Shown piece after piece: positions 27,238 to 37,327 of a DNA stretch of 64,000 nt. Made by a program: the position numbers and the translations under genes. Under the pieces are notes generated by a model, which saw nothing but the letters and a program-made list of their open reading frames with translations, was not told where the DNA came from and searched no databases. Positions within the stretch are counted from its first letter, which is position 1; every line of letters starts with the position of its first letter. This DNA comes from an uncultured virus (IMG/VR IMGVR_UViG_3300028797_000105) (taxonomy: Duplodnaviria; Heunggongvirae; Uroviricota; Caudoviricetes): IMG/VR virus record IMGVR_UViG_3300028797_000105, one strand, 5' to 3'.

Positions 27238-28934
27238 TAGTATCTGTTGAAATACTTTTCGTTTATGAACTCTTCAGAAGAAAGCACATAATTTTGGTTT
27301 TCGTTGGCTTTCTCTGGTTTGTCTGTAATGCAAGTGTTTATTTTTGAAAACATACTTGAATATGTACAAGCTAATGTCTGATAAAAAAGTTTTGCATCGC
27401 TAACTATGCTTTTAATGATGCTATCACCATCAATTGTGTTGTCTTGGAGTTTTGATACATCAACAAGGTCGCTTTTCAAATTATCTCCGTCTTTTGCACC
27501 TTTTAGCTCAGAAACCGTTTTCTTTGAATTTGCAACGGCAAATGCTATATCAATCGGGGATGGAAACACTTTTTTACCAATGTTCATATTGTCAATGCTT
27601 GCGATTGCGTATGCGTAATTTTTTTCTTTGTTTGAAGCGTTTGTCTTGGCTTTTGTGAATTTTTCATATTCATCCAAAACTTCTTTGCTTGCTATTGTTG
27701 CATCTGCATATTCTTTGTTCCATCCAGTTCTGTTTAATATGACGTTTTTTGATTCTTTATTATCGTCTGATTTTGTAACTGTTTTACCATCAACAACTGG
27801 GTCAAAGTCAAATCCATCGGTGTTTGCGTTGTTGGTAAGGTTTAAATCCTCTTTTTTGAATGTTGAAATAACGCCACTAATATCACCGTTGATTTTTTTA
27901 TAGACACTATCCATAGCCTTATTAAGCTCTTCGGTTTGTTTGCATTGTTCGTCAAATTGTTTTTTGACTTCTGCAAATTCTTTGTCTTTGTCTTTTCTTT
28001 TTGATTCGTCCTTAATCATTTTGTTACATTCTTCAAACACGATTTCGTTTGAAATGATTTTGGACTGTTCAATCATAAGTTCAGACCATTCAAGTAGAGA
28101 TTCTGATTTTTGGGCACGAAGTCTGATTTTTTTAAGAATTGCTGTGAGTTTGTCCTGCAAAGCCTTATCGCCAGTCAAAAACAAAACACCTTTAAGTGTG
28201 TCGGCTTCTTTTTCTTGTCCGTTTGTGCTAACACCTTCCTTTTTAAAATTCATTGATTTTGCGAGGCTGTCTTGACCGTCAATCAATTTGAGTTCGCCGC
28301 CTTCTTCATCAACCATTTTTTTGGCTACATTCAAGCAGGAGTCGATATATGTGTTGATGTATTCAATACACATTTTTTTAATGTCGCTCACACGTTTCAT
28401 ATAACGGATGGAAATCATCTTAAAATAGCCCTTAACTTTAGGGGCATCTTTTACGTGGAGTTCTTTAAAATCAGCGTTTGCTTCTTTTCTTTCAGAATCA
28501 TTTGCCTCATTTATTGGTTCAAAATCTGGCATAAGCTCATTAAGCCTTTCCTCAATATAATTCTGATATCTTGAGGAGATGTTTTCGTTTGTATTCATAT
28601 TGTCTTTTTTATTGTTGTTATATTTATATATATCGTTTTTATATGCAATGGAATATGTTCTGAAATCAAACATAGATTCGTCTATGCCTTTTCCAATGCC
28701 AATGCGTTTCACTTTATTTGCGATTTCATTCGCTTTTCTGTCATCAAACAAATGAAGGTCATCGGCACGACATCCGACACAATGCGTTATTCTGCTATTG
28801 CCGTAGTTTATCAGAAATTGTATGTGTCGGTCATAGTCCTCAACCATTATGCCGCCTTGTCTTGCACTTACGTTTATACCAGTTCGTTTCTGCATTTCCA
28901 TAGTTCCAGTTTTTGGATTGAATTTCCAATTCAT
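27237..28934 (-). CDS. Large Lys/Glu-rich late protein (possible head-internal protein)
   Basis: 565 aa; TATAAATA at 28952-28959 and an internal one at 28621-28628. Confidence 0.7.
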   Translation of the reverse strand: MNWKFNPKTGTMEMQKRTGINVSARQGGIMVEDYDRHIQFLINYGNSRITHCVGCRADDLHLFDDRKANEIANKVKRIGIGKGIDESMFDFRTYSIAYKNDIYKYNNNKKDNMNTNENISSRYQNYIEERLNELMPDFEPINEANDSERKEANADFKELHVKDAPKVKGYFKMISIRYMKRVSDIKKMCIEYINTYIDSCLNVAKKMVDEEGGELKLIDGQDSLAKSMNFKKEGVSTNGQEKEADTLKGVLFLTGDKALQDKLTAILKKIRLRAQKSESLLEWSELMIEQSKIISNEIVFEECNKMIKDESKRKDKDKEFAEVKKQFDEQCKQTEELNKAMDSVYKKINGDISGVISTFKKEDLNLTNNANTDGFDFDPVVDGKTVTKSDDNKESKNVILNRTGWNKEYADATIASKEVLDEYEKFTKAKTNASNKEKNYAYAIASIDNMNIGKKVFPSPIDIAFAVANSKKTVSELKGAKDGDNLKSDLVDVSKLQDNTIDGDSIIKSIVSDAKLFYQTLACTYSSMFSKINTCITDKPEKANENQNYVLSSEEFINEKYFNRY

Positions 28935-28993
28935 AACAGTTCGTTTTTCTATATTTATACGAATAAAAAAGACCGCAATGTGCGGTCTTTAAT

Positions 28994-29254
28994 TTAGATA
29001 TGATGTGCTGTATAATGTTTTTTGTCTTTGTCGGATAGCGGTTTTCCGTTTCTGCCTATGTGCCATTTGAAACAATTTGGGCATTTGTAAGCAACGACCT
29101 TGTATATGGTGTGCTGGTTTGCATTAAGCACTCTTGCTGCTTCTATGGCTTCCTTGTCGGTGTCGTATGCCTTTTTCTTTATATAGACAATCTTGCCGTC
29201 AGCATCAAGCCAACCGAATTTTACACAAGGATTTTTTTCAGAAAACTTTTCCAT
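28994..29254 (-). CDS. Small Zn-finger protein (YxCxxCxxxHIG)
   Basis: KKAYDT..AYKCPNCFKWHIGRN; paralog of 63475-63795. Confidence 0.7.
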   Translation of the reverse strand: MEKFSEKNPCVKFGWLDADGKIVYIKKKAYDTDKEAIEAARVLNANQHTIYKVVAYKCPNCFKWHIGRNGKPLSDKDKKHYTAHHI

Positions 29255-29255
29255 A

Positions 29256-29978
29256 TTACGCTTGGATTCCGTCAAGAAGTTCAAGATACACGCCTCTGTG
29301 CAAAAATCCATCATAACCAACCCATTCGGTTACTGAATGGAAAACATCGTCAAATGTTTTGTTGCTTCCGCTTTTTTCGTTGATTCTCACAACGGCATTT
29401 TTTATTTTTTGAACAATCTGTTCGCTCACATCCTCAAAAATCTTAAATGGAAGTGTGTATTTGAAATTCTTTCCGATTACGGAATAGTCCTCCGCATTGC
29501 TTGCGTCATTGACACCGACCGTTTCCTCAACCAGAACATATGGGTTTCGTACTTTGTCATATTTTGCGTTTGTGTCTTTTTTCGCATAATAGAACGAGTG
29601 AAGTTCTCCGTCAATGACAGTACCGTAAATGAACGATGTCTGTTCGTATTTTCCAGCGTAGTATGCTGAAGTTGCTGGATATCCGTCAGCATTGAGCGGC
29701 ATATTCAGAATGTAAAGCGAATGCTCGTCATTTCCGCCGAAATGCCCTTTCTGTTCAACCCACACATAACGTCCGCTTTTCAGACTTTTTTTCAAGTCAG
29801 CAAAAAGTTCTCGGTTTTCCTTGTATGAAAGTTCTTTGGAATCTGGGTTTTCACTGGTCAAAATCGTGAAGTTTTTGATTCCGCCGTTCTTTCCCATAAA
29901 TGTTCCGATTGCATTTTTCACAAGTCTGTGCTTCTCGTGTCTTGTAAATTCGTCTATGCGTTCAATTTTCTGTGCCAT
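29256..29978 (-). CDS. Hypothetical protein (ILTSENP motif)
   Basis: Likely start MAQKIERIDEF; shares GxY/F..EHS..Q motifs with its neighbour. Confidence 0.7.
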   Translation of the reverse strand: MAQKIERIDEFTRHEKHRLVKNAIGTFMGKNGGIKNFTILTSENPDSKELSYKENRELFADLKKSLKSGRYVWVEQKGHFGGNDEHSLYILNMPLNADGYPATSAYYAGKYEQTSFIYGTVIDGELHSFYYAKKDTNAKYDKVRNPYVLVEETVGVNDASNAEDYSVIGKNFKYTLPFKIFEDVSEQIVQKIKNAVVRINEKSGSNKTFDDVFHSVTEWVGYDGFLHRGVYLELLDGIQA

Positions 29979-29994
29979 AATTGTTGTTTTATTT

Positions 29995-30903
29995 TTACCA
30001 GCAAGTGATGCCGTCCATTTCTTTAATATATTTAAATTCATTGCAGCAAGGAAAATCATATTTGCAAAATGATTCAACAAACGAAAACTTTTGCGGTCTT
30101 GCTGGAGTAAAGAAACCTAAATCTTTTTTCTTTTTTGACATTACTGTCGTTGTGAAATATTTTTGTTCTTCATCATTAACCAAGGTTTTGTTGAATTTCA
30201 TCACAATTTCTCCTTTTTCATTCATCCATACGGCTTGGCCGTTGTTTGGATATTTAATTGAGAAGCACTCTTGGTCAAATTCTTCTTTTGAACAAAGTTT
30301 TTTTCCGTAATCTATGAGTTCATCAAACGAACATTTGTATTTGTGTTCTTTTGAATTTACCTTTCCTCTGTGTATGAAATCAATTTTATCAACGTAGATT
30401 ACAAATGAGTGTTCAAGCACATTCACACCGTTCTCAACATATCCTCCAGCTGTTACTGTGAATGTATAACCATCTTGTTTCAAACGTTCTTTTAGTTTTT
30501 TTGTGGCTTGCTTGTTTTCTTCATTATTTTTAATTAGCATATGTTTTGTTGATTTTTTAAGATTTGAAATCTTGTTAGGTTCATAGTTTTCCGATTCAAG
30601 TCTGTCAAGTGTTAAAAGAAGACGCTTGTAATAATCTGTTTCATCAATATATTCGTTTATATCAAGCGTTTCAAGTGTTTTCCCAATAGCAGATGCATAT
30701 TCTGCTATATCTTTTTTGTGTCTTCTTGAAACGTCTATACAACCGCTTATTATGATGTATCCGTCTTTATTGTGTCTGCGAAACATATTTCCTACATCTT
30801 TTACTTCAAGAAGTGGTGCTGCATAAATGCGTTGTTCCTCAAATACGCTTGTCAAGTTAGACTTTTCTGTACTATATTCTTTATATGTTTTTATGTGCTC
30901 CAT
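29995..30903 (-). CDS. Hypothetical late protein, distant paralog of 29256-29978
   Basis: IIISG..GGYVE..EHSF..FDQE; TATAAATA at 30923-30930. Confidence 0.7.
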   Translation of the reverse strand: MEHIKTYKEYSTEKSNLTSVFEEQRIYAAPLLEVKDVGNMFRRHNKDGYIIISGCIDVSRRHKKDIAEYASAIGKTLETLDINEYIDETDYYKRLLLTLDRLESENYEPNKISNLKKSTKHMLIKNNEENKQATKKLKERLKQDGYTFTVTAGGYVENGVNVLEHSFVIYVDKIDFIHRGKVNSKEHKYKCSFDELIDYGKKLCSKEEFDQECFSIKYPNNGQAVWMNEKGEIVMKFNKTLVNDEEQKYFTTTVMSKKKKDLGFFTPARPQKFSFVESFCKYDFPCCNEFKYIKEMDGITCW

Positions 30904-30936
30904 TTTATGATTTTATTAAATGTATTTATAATAAAT

Positions 30937-31854
30937 TTATTTGCCAGCAACAAGTGCTTTGACAACATCAAGTTTTCTCTTGCTGAAAACCCATCCGCAT
31001 CCGCAGGACAATCTTTTATTAAATGCGCCGCCAGCGGCCTTCAATTCATTTTTGATGGGTTTCGTGTCGCCTATAACAGCGATTGCTTTTTCGGAATAAT
31101 CTATGATTTCAATATTTCTGTGTTTTGGCGTTTCTTTGACTTCGGTTTTGATAAAAGTTTTTTCTTTCATTTCAGAACGCTCGTTCTCGATTCTTTCTTC
31201 AATCTTATTCCAGTAGTTTACCTTAATTGCGTGTTTGTGGCATTCAACTGAAAGCCCAGCCTCGGTCATACTTTCCATACGCTTTTTCAAAATGGAATAT
31301 TGCGTGTAATTGTGTGCGTATGGATTATCACCACGCTCACAAAGATAATAACCTTCCTTTCCAGCAACCGTTGTTTTGTAAACCCAGTTGCCAGAACCAA
31401 CTGCGTGCTGTATGCGTTTTTCGGTTTTTGTTTTCGGCATCTTGATTTCTGCCGCTGCGGTTTTGGTGTTCACATAACATTTGTTCCATTTACCAACTTT
31501 GACAGTTAGGAAGAAATTCACGCAGAAATAGTCTGTCATAATGTCGGAATGGTCATAGTTGTATGATTCCGCATACTCCGACATTTTTTTGAGAACATTG
31601 ATGCATTTCTCTGTGAATTGCGTGTTACCGTCTGGATGATAGTGGTTGAATTGTCTGCTTTCGGATTCGTGCCCTTTCTGAAATGCGTCAAAATCACCGC
31701 TCACAAGGGCGATGACAATGGAGTTGTATCCATCTTTGCTGACACTGAATTTACATTTGGGGAATTGCTTTGCCCCGTACTCTTTGATTTTTTTGCAGAT
31801 GTCGGACGTTGAGAGGTTGCCGTCATATCTGCTGCCTTTGAAGTCTCTTTCCAT
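30937..31854 (-). CDS. Polyvalent-protein-like early protein (LPD29-like N-domain)
   Basis: FPKCKFSV..SYNYDHSDIMTDYF; C-terminal IIDYSEKAIAVIGDTKPIK..GG.FN..L..GWVF domain. Confidence 0.7.
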   Translation of the reverse strand: MERDFKGSRYDGNLSTSDICKKIKEYGAKQFPKCKFSVSKDGYNSIVIALVSGDFDAFQKGHESESRQFNHYHPDGNTQFTEKCINVLKKMSEYAESYNYDHSDIMTDYFCVNFFLTVKVGKWNKCYVNTKTAAAEIKMPKTKTEKRIQHAVGSGNWVYKTTVAGKEGYYLCERGDNPYAHNYTQYSILKKRMESMTEAGLSVECHKHAIKVNYWNKIEERIENERSEMKEKTFIKTEVKETPKHRNIEIIDYSEKAIAVIGDTKPIKNELKAAGGAFNKRLSCGCGWVFSKRKLDVVKALVAGK

Positions 31855-31894
31855 ATCTGTTTCGTTTTTCTGTTATTCGTTCATTATCACGATG

Positions 31895-31962
31895 CAAAAA
31901 TACGAAAAGATTTTATATTGTCAACAATTTTTTTCAAAAAGTTATCAACAAAGTTATCAACA
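31895..31962 (-). promoter_or_regulatory. Host-type promoter with tandem 12-mer, copy 4
   Basis: TATTTTTGC plus (AAGTTATCAACA)x2 at offset 44. Confidence 0.75.
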
Positions 31963-32013
31963 AAAAATGCGGCAGGTTTGCCGCATTTTTCATAAAAATT
32001 ATGTATGTAAAAT

Positions 32014-32952
32014 TTAGCGTGAGTTTACAAAATTGTAGCACACTCTGGCAAGTTCTTTTACGTGAGATTCAATGTCTCTGTTATAAGCGTTGCCGCCAGT
32101 ATTTTTCTGCTTGCCTTCAATACTTAATGTGTTTCTTTTGATTTTGTTTTCAATCGTTTTTTCGGAAATTCTTTCATCAGAATAGCCGTTCATACTCTTT
32201 TTCAGTTTGTACAGCATTTCAAAAATGTTCTTTTCCAAATCACGTGGGCTTGCAAAATCCATACAATATTTTTCAAATGCGTTTACAACGTTTTTTGAAA
32301 TTTTTTCATCCCACATTTTATGTAAATAATCAAAAGCGTCAGACCAAGAATCCCTTGTTCCAGTAATCCAAGTCATAATGCCGCCAAAACGATTGACAAG
32401 TGGACGTGGCATATTGTCCAGATTATTTCCGCAACCGCAGCAGAAATAGTTTGAACATTTTGTATCAAACAATCTGTGTTCAACCACAATAGGCATAATC
32501 ATATTCAAAATTTTGCTATCGGCTTGGTCAATGTCATCAAAGAACAGAAGGAATTGCTTGTCTGGATTTTCAATTATATATCTTGCCCATAATGGAGGGA
32601 CTGTTTTGCCGTTTCTAAATACTTGAAAATCCTCTGGATATGCTTTGTCAAGATAAACTGTAATCACGGTATATCCGCATTTCTTTGCCATTTGACGTAT
32701 AATAGTGGTTTTAGACCAACCAGATTCACCTTGCACCAAAAAATCAGAACCGCTTTTCATAGACAAATAAACTTGTTCAAGATTATCATTCCAAATCTTT
32801 TTGTCGCTGAAAATGTTTTTGCTGTCGGGTGTTGGGGCATCAATGTCAAACTCTCCGTTTGATGGATTGTTTTTTGCTTCTTTTCCTACATATTCGGAAA
32901 AATCATTTTGTTCGTTTACTTTTTGCGTGAATTGTCTTGCGTTTAAAATCAT
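32014..32952 (-). CDS. AAA+ ATPase (MoxR/dynein-related), degenerate Walker motifs
   Basis: GESGWSKT, LLFFDDID, PLVNRF, SPR; TATAAATA at 32969-32976. Confidence 0.75.
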   Translation of the reverse strand: MILNARQFTQKVNEQNDFSEYVGKEAKNNPSNGEFDIDAPTPDSKNIFSDKKIWNDNLEQVYLSMKSGSDFLVQGESGWSKTTIIRQMAKKCGYTVITVYLDKAYPEDFQVFRNGKTVPPLWARYIIENPDKQFLLFFDDIDQADSKILNMIMPIVVEHRLFDTKCSNYFCCGCGNNLDNMPRPLVNRFGGIMTWITGTRDSWSDAFDYLHKMWDEKISKNVVNAFEKYCMDFASPRDLEKNIFEMLYKLKKSMNGYSDERISEKTIENKIKRNTLSIEGKQKNTGGNAYNRDIESHVKELARVCYNFVNSR

Positions 32953-33012
32953 AATCGTTTTTTTATATTATTTATATGAGTTGATTTTTACAATTCACAA
33001 TTTGCGTGCAAT

Positions 33013-33735
33013 TTATTGTTGATATTTTTTGGACACTTGGTCTATGTGGTTTGCGTAACCGTTAGTTTCTGTATTATAAACAGTTCCGACTTTGCACAAA
33101 TATGCATCTCTTGTTGGCTTGCCTTCCGTGTTTCTGAACATCCAGCGTTCCCAAAGTATGCGGTCAATAACACTCATTTTCCAATTATGGTATTCGGCAT
33201 ACATTTCGGAAGTGTTCCGTCTGTTTATGTCGCAACGGAGTTTTCTTGATTGCGGTTTTGTCATACCAAACAAATTGTTGCATCGTTTGGCGACTGCGCT
33301 TTTTCCGCATCCGCTTTCTTGAACAGCCTGCGCCATAATAATATCTGGATACCAAGTGTTACACCTCTGAATAAACTCCCATACTTTATCGTGTGTCGCT
33401 TTTTCGTGAGAGCCGTCCATAACGGCTTCAACAATGGCATCGTGCAGGTCGTTCATTCTCACACTTTCGTCATAACACATCATAATGGAATCCATTTCGG
33501 CAATCAAGCAGGAAACCTCATATTCGTTTTCTTCCGCTATTCTATGCAGTTCAATCTTATGTGATACAGATATGTACGCTATTGTGAACAGAAGAACTAC
33601 AAATACTGTTGCGACAGCACCTTTAATCCATCGCAGGTTCTTTATGACAAATAAGTCCGTTTTTCCAATGTCTGCTGAATCCGTAATCAAAAGGTCGGAT
33701 TCCCGCATCATAAAATACTTTTCTTTCTTTTCCAT
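33013..33735 (-). CDS. Membrane-anchored glucosaminidase (GH73-like)
   Basis: N-terminal TM segment; IMAQAVQESG...NNLFGM...YAEY. Confidence 0.8.
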   Translation of the reverse strand: MEKKEKYFMMRESDLLITDSADIGKTDLFVIKNLRWIKGAVATVFVVLLFTIAYISVSHKIELHRIAEENEYEVSCLIAEMDSIMMCYDESVRMNDLHDAIVEAVMDGSHEKATHDKVWEFIQRCNTWYPDIIMAQAVQESGCGKSAVAKRCNNLFGMTKPQSRKLRCDINRRNTSEMYAEYHNWKMSVIDRILWERWMFRNTEGKPTRDAYLCKVGTVYNTETNGYANHIDQVSKKYQQ

Positions 33736-33767
33736 AATTTGATAATTTAATTGGCGTGTTTCCGCCG

Positions 33768-34871
33768 TTAATACGTTCTGTATTTTCCATCATAATCAAT
33801 GTCCGTTCCGATTAGATATGCGGTTTCGTCATTGTATGGGACGCATTCCGTATATGTGGAATCGGTTGTTATATAGTTGCCAGCGTTGTGGTGTGAGAAT
33901 ATGGAGCATTTCCAAACATTGTTGAACCCTCTGACTATAACTTTGTCAAATGGTTTGAAATCTGATTTTGTGTAAGGTGTTTCGACAAGTTCATAGAAAC
34001 TTTCATTTGAAAACGGTATGGTGCAAGTTCCACAATCAAAATTGGCGGTATAGCATTCGTTGTGTATTCCAGATATTTGTAAAATGACATTCTTGTCTGA
34101 TACCGTTGAACGGATTGTGTCACCGATTGCGAATTTAGGACTCGGTATTTCTGATTGCATTGCTGGTCTGAAATCCTTTTTGAATGCTATGTAATCTTCG
34201 TCCCAATATCCGTATGTTGCTTGCCAAGAATTGTTGCTGTCATACAGTTCAATCCTTTTGCTGTTTGGCATCTGTGGATTTGCCGTCAATTTAACCTTGT
34301 ACGCCGAATTTGGTTTCAAACGTTTTGCATAGCCCGAACAATCATTGGTACAAACATACCAATGCCCGTTCAAAATTTGAAAATTCATTTTTTCAAAATC
34401 GTGCTTTGCTGAATTGTATATCCAGCAATGGTCATTTAATTCCGTATAAAAACGCTTCCTTTCTTGTGCTGTCGCAAACCTCGCATCTTTGAAATCAAAC
34501 TTATGCATACGAATTATACAAAAACTATCATTCGGGTCTGACGGGTAAACGTGTTCATCCCCTATACCATATACCCATCCGTTGCTGACAATAACCGAAC
34601 CTTGGCAATAAGGCATAAGTTGTTCTTGCCAATCATCCCAACTTTCACCATATTTTGATGGGAACAAAGCACAACTTCCAGCAATGGGTTCGATTCCTTC
34701 GGTTTCAATGTGTTTTCCGTCTTTTGTGTAATAGTGGTATTCTCCAGAAATTGGCTGGAGTGTTTTTAGCCCGTTTTTGTTTATACCGCAAAATGAAAGC
34801 TCCCCGTATTGCGGGCTATATAAATGCTGACCAATCGGTGCGTTTTCCAGAATTTTAAAAAGATTTACCAT
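33768..34871 (-). CDS. Modular hypothetical protein sharing domains with 51486-54827
   Basis: N-terminal ILENAPIG.LYSP.YG; LFPS..WDDWQ; FKPFDKVIVR C-domain. Confidence 0.75.
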   Translation of the reverse strand: MVNLFKILENAPIGQHLYSPQYGELSFCGINKNGLKTLQPISGEYHYYTKDGKHIETEGIEPIAGSCALFPSKYGESWDDWQEQLMPYCQGSVIVSNGWVYGIGDEHVYPSDPNDSFCIIRMHKFDFKDARFATAQERKRFYTELNDHCWIYNSAKHDFEKMNFQILNGHWYVCTNDCSGYAKRLKPNSAYKVKLTANPQMPNSKRIELYDSNNSWQATYGYWDEDYIAFKKDFRPAMQSEIPSPKFAIGDTIRSTVSDKNVILQISGIHNECYTANFDCGTCTIPFSNESFYELVETPYTKSDFKPFDKVIVRGFNNVWKCSIFSHHNAGNYITTDSTYTECVPYNDETAYLIGTDIDYDGKYRTY

Positions 34872-34885
34872 AATGATATTCGTTT

Positions 34886-35311
34886 TTATTTGTCAAACAA
34901 ATCAAGACTTGGTTTTATTTTTTCGCACAGACTATCAACCGCAAATTTCAAATCATCAATAAGCTCGTCCGTTGTGTATTTTCGACCATCGATAAACCCG
35001 CCAGTCTGGTCTCCAAGATGTGCATAATCCCAGCCAATCCAAAAGGCATTGCCGAAAGCCCCGTTTGCATCATCGCTTTTTGTTTTCTCTCCGAAAGTGA
35101 GGCCATAGTGACAGTCAACTGGAATATCATTATAATCCTTTCCGTAATACTTGTTGCCTTCTTCAAGTTTTATGTAGCAGCAGGGGTGCGTTCCATACGA
35201 CAGAACAAGCACGTCATATTCACGATACGTGCCTTTTGCCAAAACAGTGGTTTTTCTTTCATCGCCGTAAACCATCTCGGCCAAACGCTCAATCTTATTT
35301 TGATTATACAT
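34886..35311 (-). CDS. Hypothetical protein
   Basis: HPCCYI..CHYGLTF..WIGWDYAHLGD. Confidence 0.75.
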   Translation of the reverse strand: MYNQNKIERLAEMVYGDERKTTVLAKGTYREYDVLVLSYGTHPCCYIKLEEGNKYYGKDYNDIPVDCHYGLTFGEKTKSDDANGAFGNAFWIGWDYAHLGDQTGGFIDGRKYTTDELIDDLKFAVDSLCEKIKPSLDLFDK

Positions 35312-35334
35312 ACTCCGATTATTTTATTACGCCG

Positions 35335-35402
35335 CAAAAATACAACATATTTTTGAATAGTCAATAACTTTTTTCAAAAACTTATCAACAAAGTTATCAA
35401 CA
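35335..35402 (-). promoter_or_regulatory. Host-type promoter with tandem 12-mer, copy 5
   Basis: TATTTTTGC plus AACTTATCAACA-AAGTTATCAACA. Confidence 0.75.
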
Positions 35403-35861
35403 AAAATACTTGTCAATGTTTTCGTACATATTTTCTTCCGCAGGAAGCGCAAGACCTTTACCGATATAATCGTGGTGGTCAAAATGGTGTTTATTGAGCC
35501 ATTCAATACAGTTTGAACACATATTGTTCCAAGCGTTTTCGGAAGCCATACGCTGTTCTGGCATAATGTCATCATATTCATACCAAAGGTTGTGCGTGAG
35601 TTCATTATACTCATTTCTTTCGGAATCGGTCATAGTATTCATTGGGCGAAGATACGGTTTAACATACTCGCAATCGTACAAGTCCATATCGTTCCACACA
35701 TACACATCGCAGTCAAAGTTGCCTGCATCCACACTGAACAGCTGGCCTTTGCTGTAATGTGTTCCGTCAAAATCATTTGGTACTCCGACCAATGTTTCAT
35801 ACGGCAAAATTTCTGACAGCATTTTAATAATAATGCTTCTTTTTTCGTCTGTGTTTTCCAT
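35397..35861 (-). CDS. Hypothetical protein (VKPYLR family)
   Basis: Likely start MENTDEK; paralog of 38506-38988. Confidence 0.7.
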   Translation of the reverse strand: MENTDEKRSIIIKMLSEILPYETLVGVPNDFDGTHYSKGQLFSVDAGNFDCDVYVWNDMDLYDCEYVKPYLRPMNTMTDSERNEYNELTHNLWYEYDDIMPEQRMASENAWNNMCSNCIEWLNKHHFDHHDYIGKGLALPAEENMYENIDKYFC

Positions 35862-35862
35862 A

Positions 35863-36000
35863 TCAATCAAAATCTTTGTCGCAAGCATCATAGTCACAAC
35901 AAGCGCATCGGTCACAAATGTCGTAACCGAGTTCACACTTTGTGCATCCGTCTATGGAATGCGTGCAGTATTCGCTGAATTTTGTTATTTCAATTTCCAT
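35863..36000 (-). CDS. 45-aa Cys-rich micro-protein (not in ORF track)
   Basis: MEIEITKFSEYCTHSIDGCTKCELGYDICDRCACCDYDACDKDFD*; fills the gap between its neighbours. Confidence 0.55.
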   Translation of the reverse strand: MEIEITKFSEYCTHSIDGCTKCELGYDICDRCACCDYDACDKDFD

Positions 36001-36446
36001 AACTCCATATAGTTTGTTGGTTCTGGAAAGCCGTCAATGGCAACTGGTGAAAGAAAAAACTTCCCTCCGTATCTTGGAATGAATGATGTTTCGACACGCT
36101 TGTCTTTTTCAAATTCGTTCCACAGTTTTTTGGCATAACCGTCATCAATAATATTGAAATGCGGTTGTAAACCATAGCCCATAACGCTTTCTCCGATTAT
36201 TGTCCACTCCATTGTCTTTACACACCAATTCTCAACAATTTTCTTATGGTGTCCGTATTTGGAATATACGGCAACGACAGACACTCTTTGAAATGTTCCA
36301 GTTTCTGTCAAGTCTGGATTGTGCCTAACGGCGAAGAACTTTACATTTTGTAATATGTCCTCATATTTTTGGCATTCATCTTTGTTGAGGAAACGTTTGC
36401 CATCTTCAGCAATATATGTTTTTATTGTTTCGGTCTGTTCTTTCAT
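35985..36446 (-). CDS. Hypothetical protein
   Basis: YIAEDGKRF..EC..YE N-terminus; overlapping operon arrangement. Confidence 0.7.
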   Translation of the reverse strand: MKEQTETIKTYIAEDGKRFLNKDECQKYEDILQNVKFFAVRHNPDLTETGTFQRVSVVAVYSKYGHHKKIVENWCVKTMEWTIIGESVMGYGLQPHFNIIDDGYAKKLWNEFEKDKRVETSFIPRYGGKFFLSPVAIDGFPEPTNYMELWKLK

Positions 36447-36787
36447 TTTTTGGATTTTTTGGTTGTTTCGCTTTGTTCGTCTATCAAAAAATAAACTATT
36501 CCAAGGATAGCACCTTCAGTCTTGCAAACATATTGCCATCTTCTTACAAAAGGATTCCAAGTTTTTGCGACCATAAGCGGTATGATAAGGCCGTTGCTGT
36601 CTTTGTCTTCAATATAATTGACAACTCTCCACCAGAATTTGATTTCAATGGAACTGTCAAATATGGCACGGAACTTCGCACCTATCGGTAGTATTTCACG
36701 CATAAGCGGAACGACCTCCTCATACGGCATATTATATATGTCGTTTTTACTATATGCTTTTAATTTCTTTATCGCTTTTGATTTCAT
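36443..36787 (-). CDS. Hypothetical protein
   Basis: ATGA overlaps on both sides. Confidence 0.6.
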   Translation of the reverse strand: MKSKAIKKLKAYSKNDIYNMPYEEVVPLMREILPIGAKFRAIFDSSIEIKFWWRVVNYIEDKDSNGLIIPLMVAKTWNPFVRRWQYVCKTEGAILGIVYFLIDEQSETTKKSKK

Positions 36788-37326
36788 TTTAGAATATCTT
36801 TTAATGCGTCTGTTACTTTTTGTATGACTGCATCATCCGTTGTTTCTATCTGCGCTATTTTTTCAAGGCAGGTAACAATGTTTTTTGCGTGAGTTGTATC
36901 TTTCCAACCAGCAATTTTTATGAGCGATTCAAAAAATGTGTCTGTTGTGAGTATTGGCGTTTTTCCGACAATGAAATATGCCATTTCTTTATTTTCATCT
37001 TCTTTGCTTTTTCTGAAATCGTAAACTGGTTTCATTTTTTGCTCAACAGACTTTGCCGCTTCTTCTCCATAGACGAAATCATTTTTTGCTTTTTGAAAAA
37101 GCTGGCTGGTAAGTTCTTTGGTGAACGCATTGACAAACTTTATGAACATATCGTCCTTTTTCTTTGCCATTTCAATCGCAGCGTTGTATCTTGCTGCTGT
37201 CAATTCGTCTTTTATATCATCTGGCGATGTGTATGCGTGTTGCTCCGTGTCTGCAATCTCCATAGCAATTTTATTGTTGAACGAATCATCATTCACAATA
37301 CTTTTAATGTCAAATTGGTTTCCCAT
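36784..37326 (-). CDS. Hypothetical protein
   Basis: Likely start MGNQFDIK. Confidence 0.6.
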   Translation of the reverse strand: MGNQFDIKSIVNDDSFNNKIAMEIADTEQHAYTSPDDIKDELTAARYNAAIEMAKKKDDMFIKFVNAFTKELTSQLFQKAKNDFVYGEEAAKSVEQKMKPVYDFRKSKEDENKEMAYFIVGKTPILTTDTFFESLIKIAGWKDTTHAKNIVTCLEKIAQIETTDDAVIQKVTDALKDILK

Positions 37327-37327
37327 A

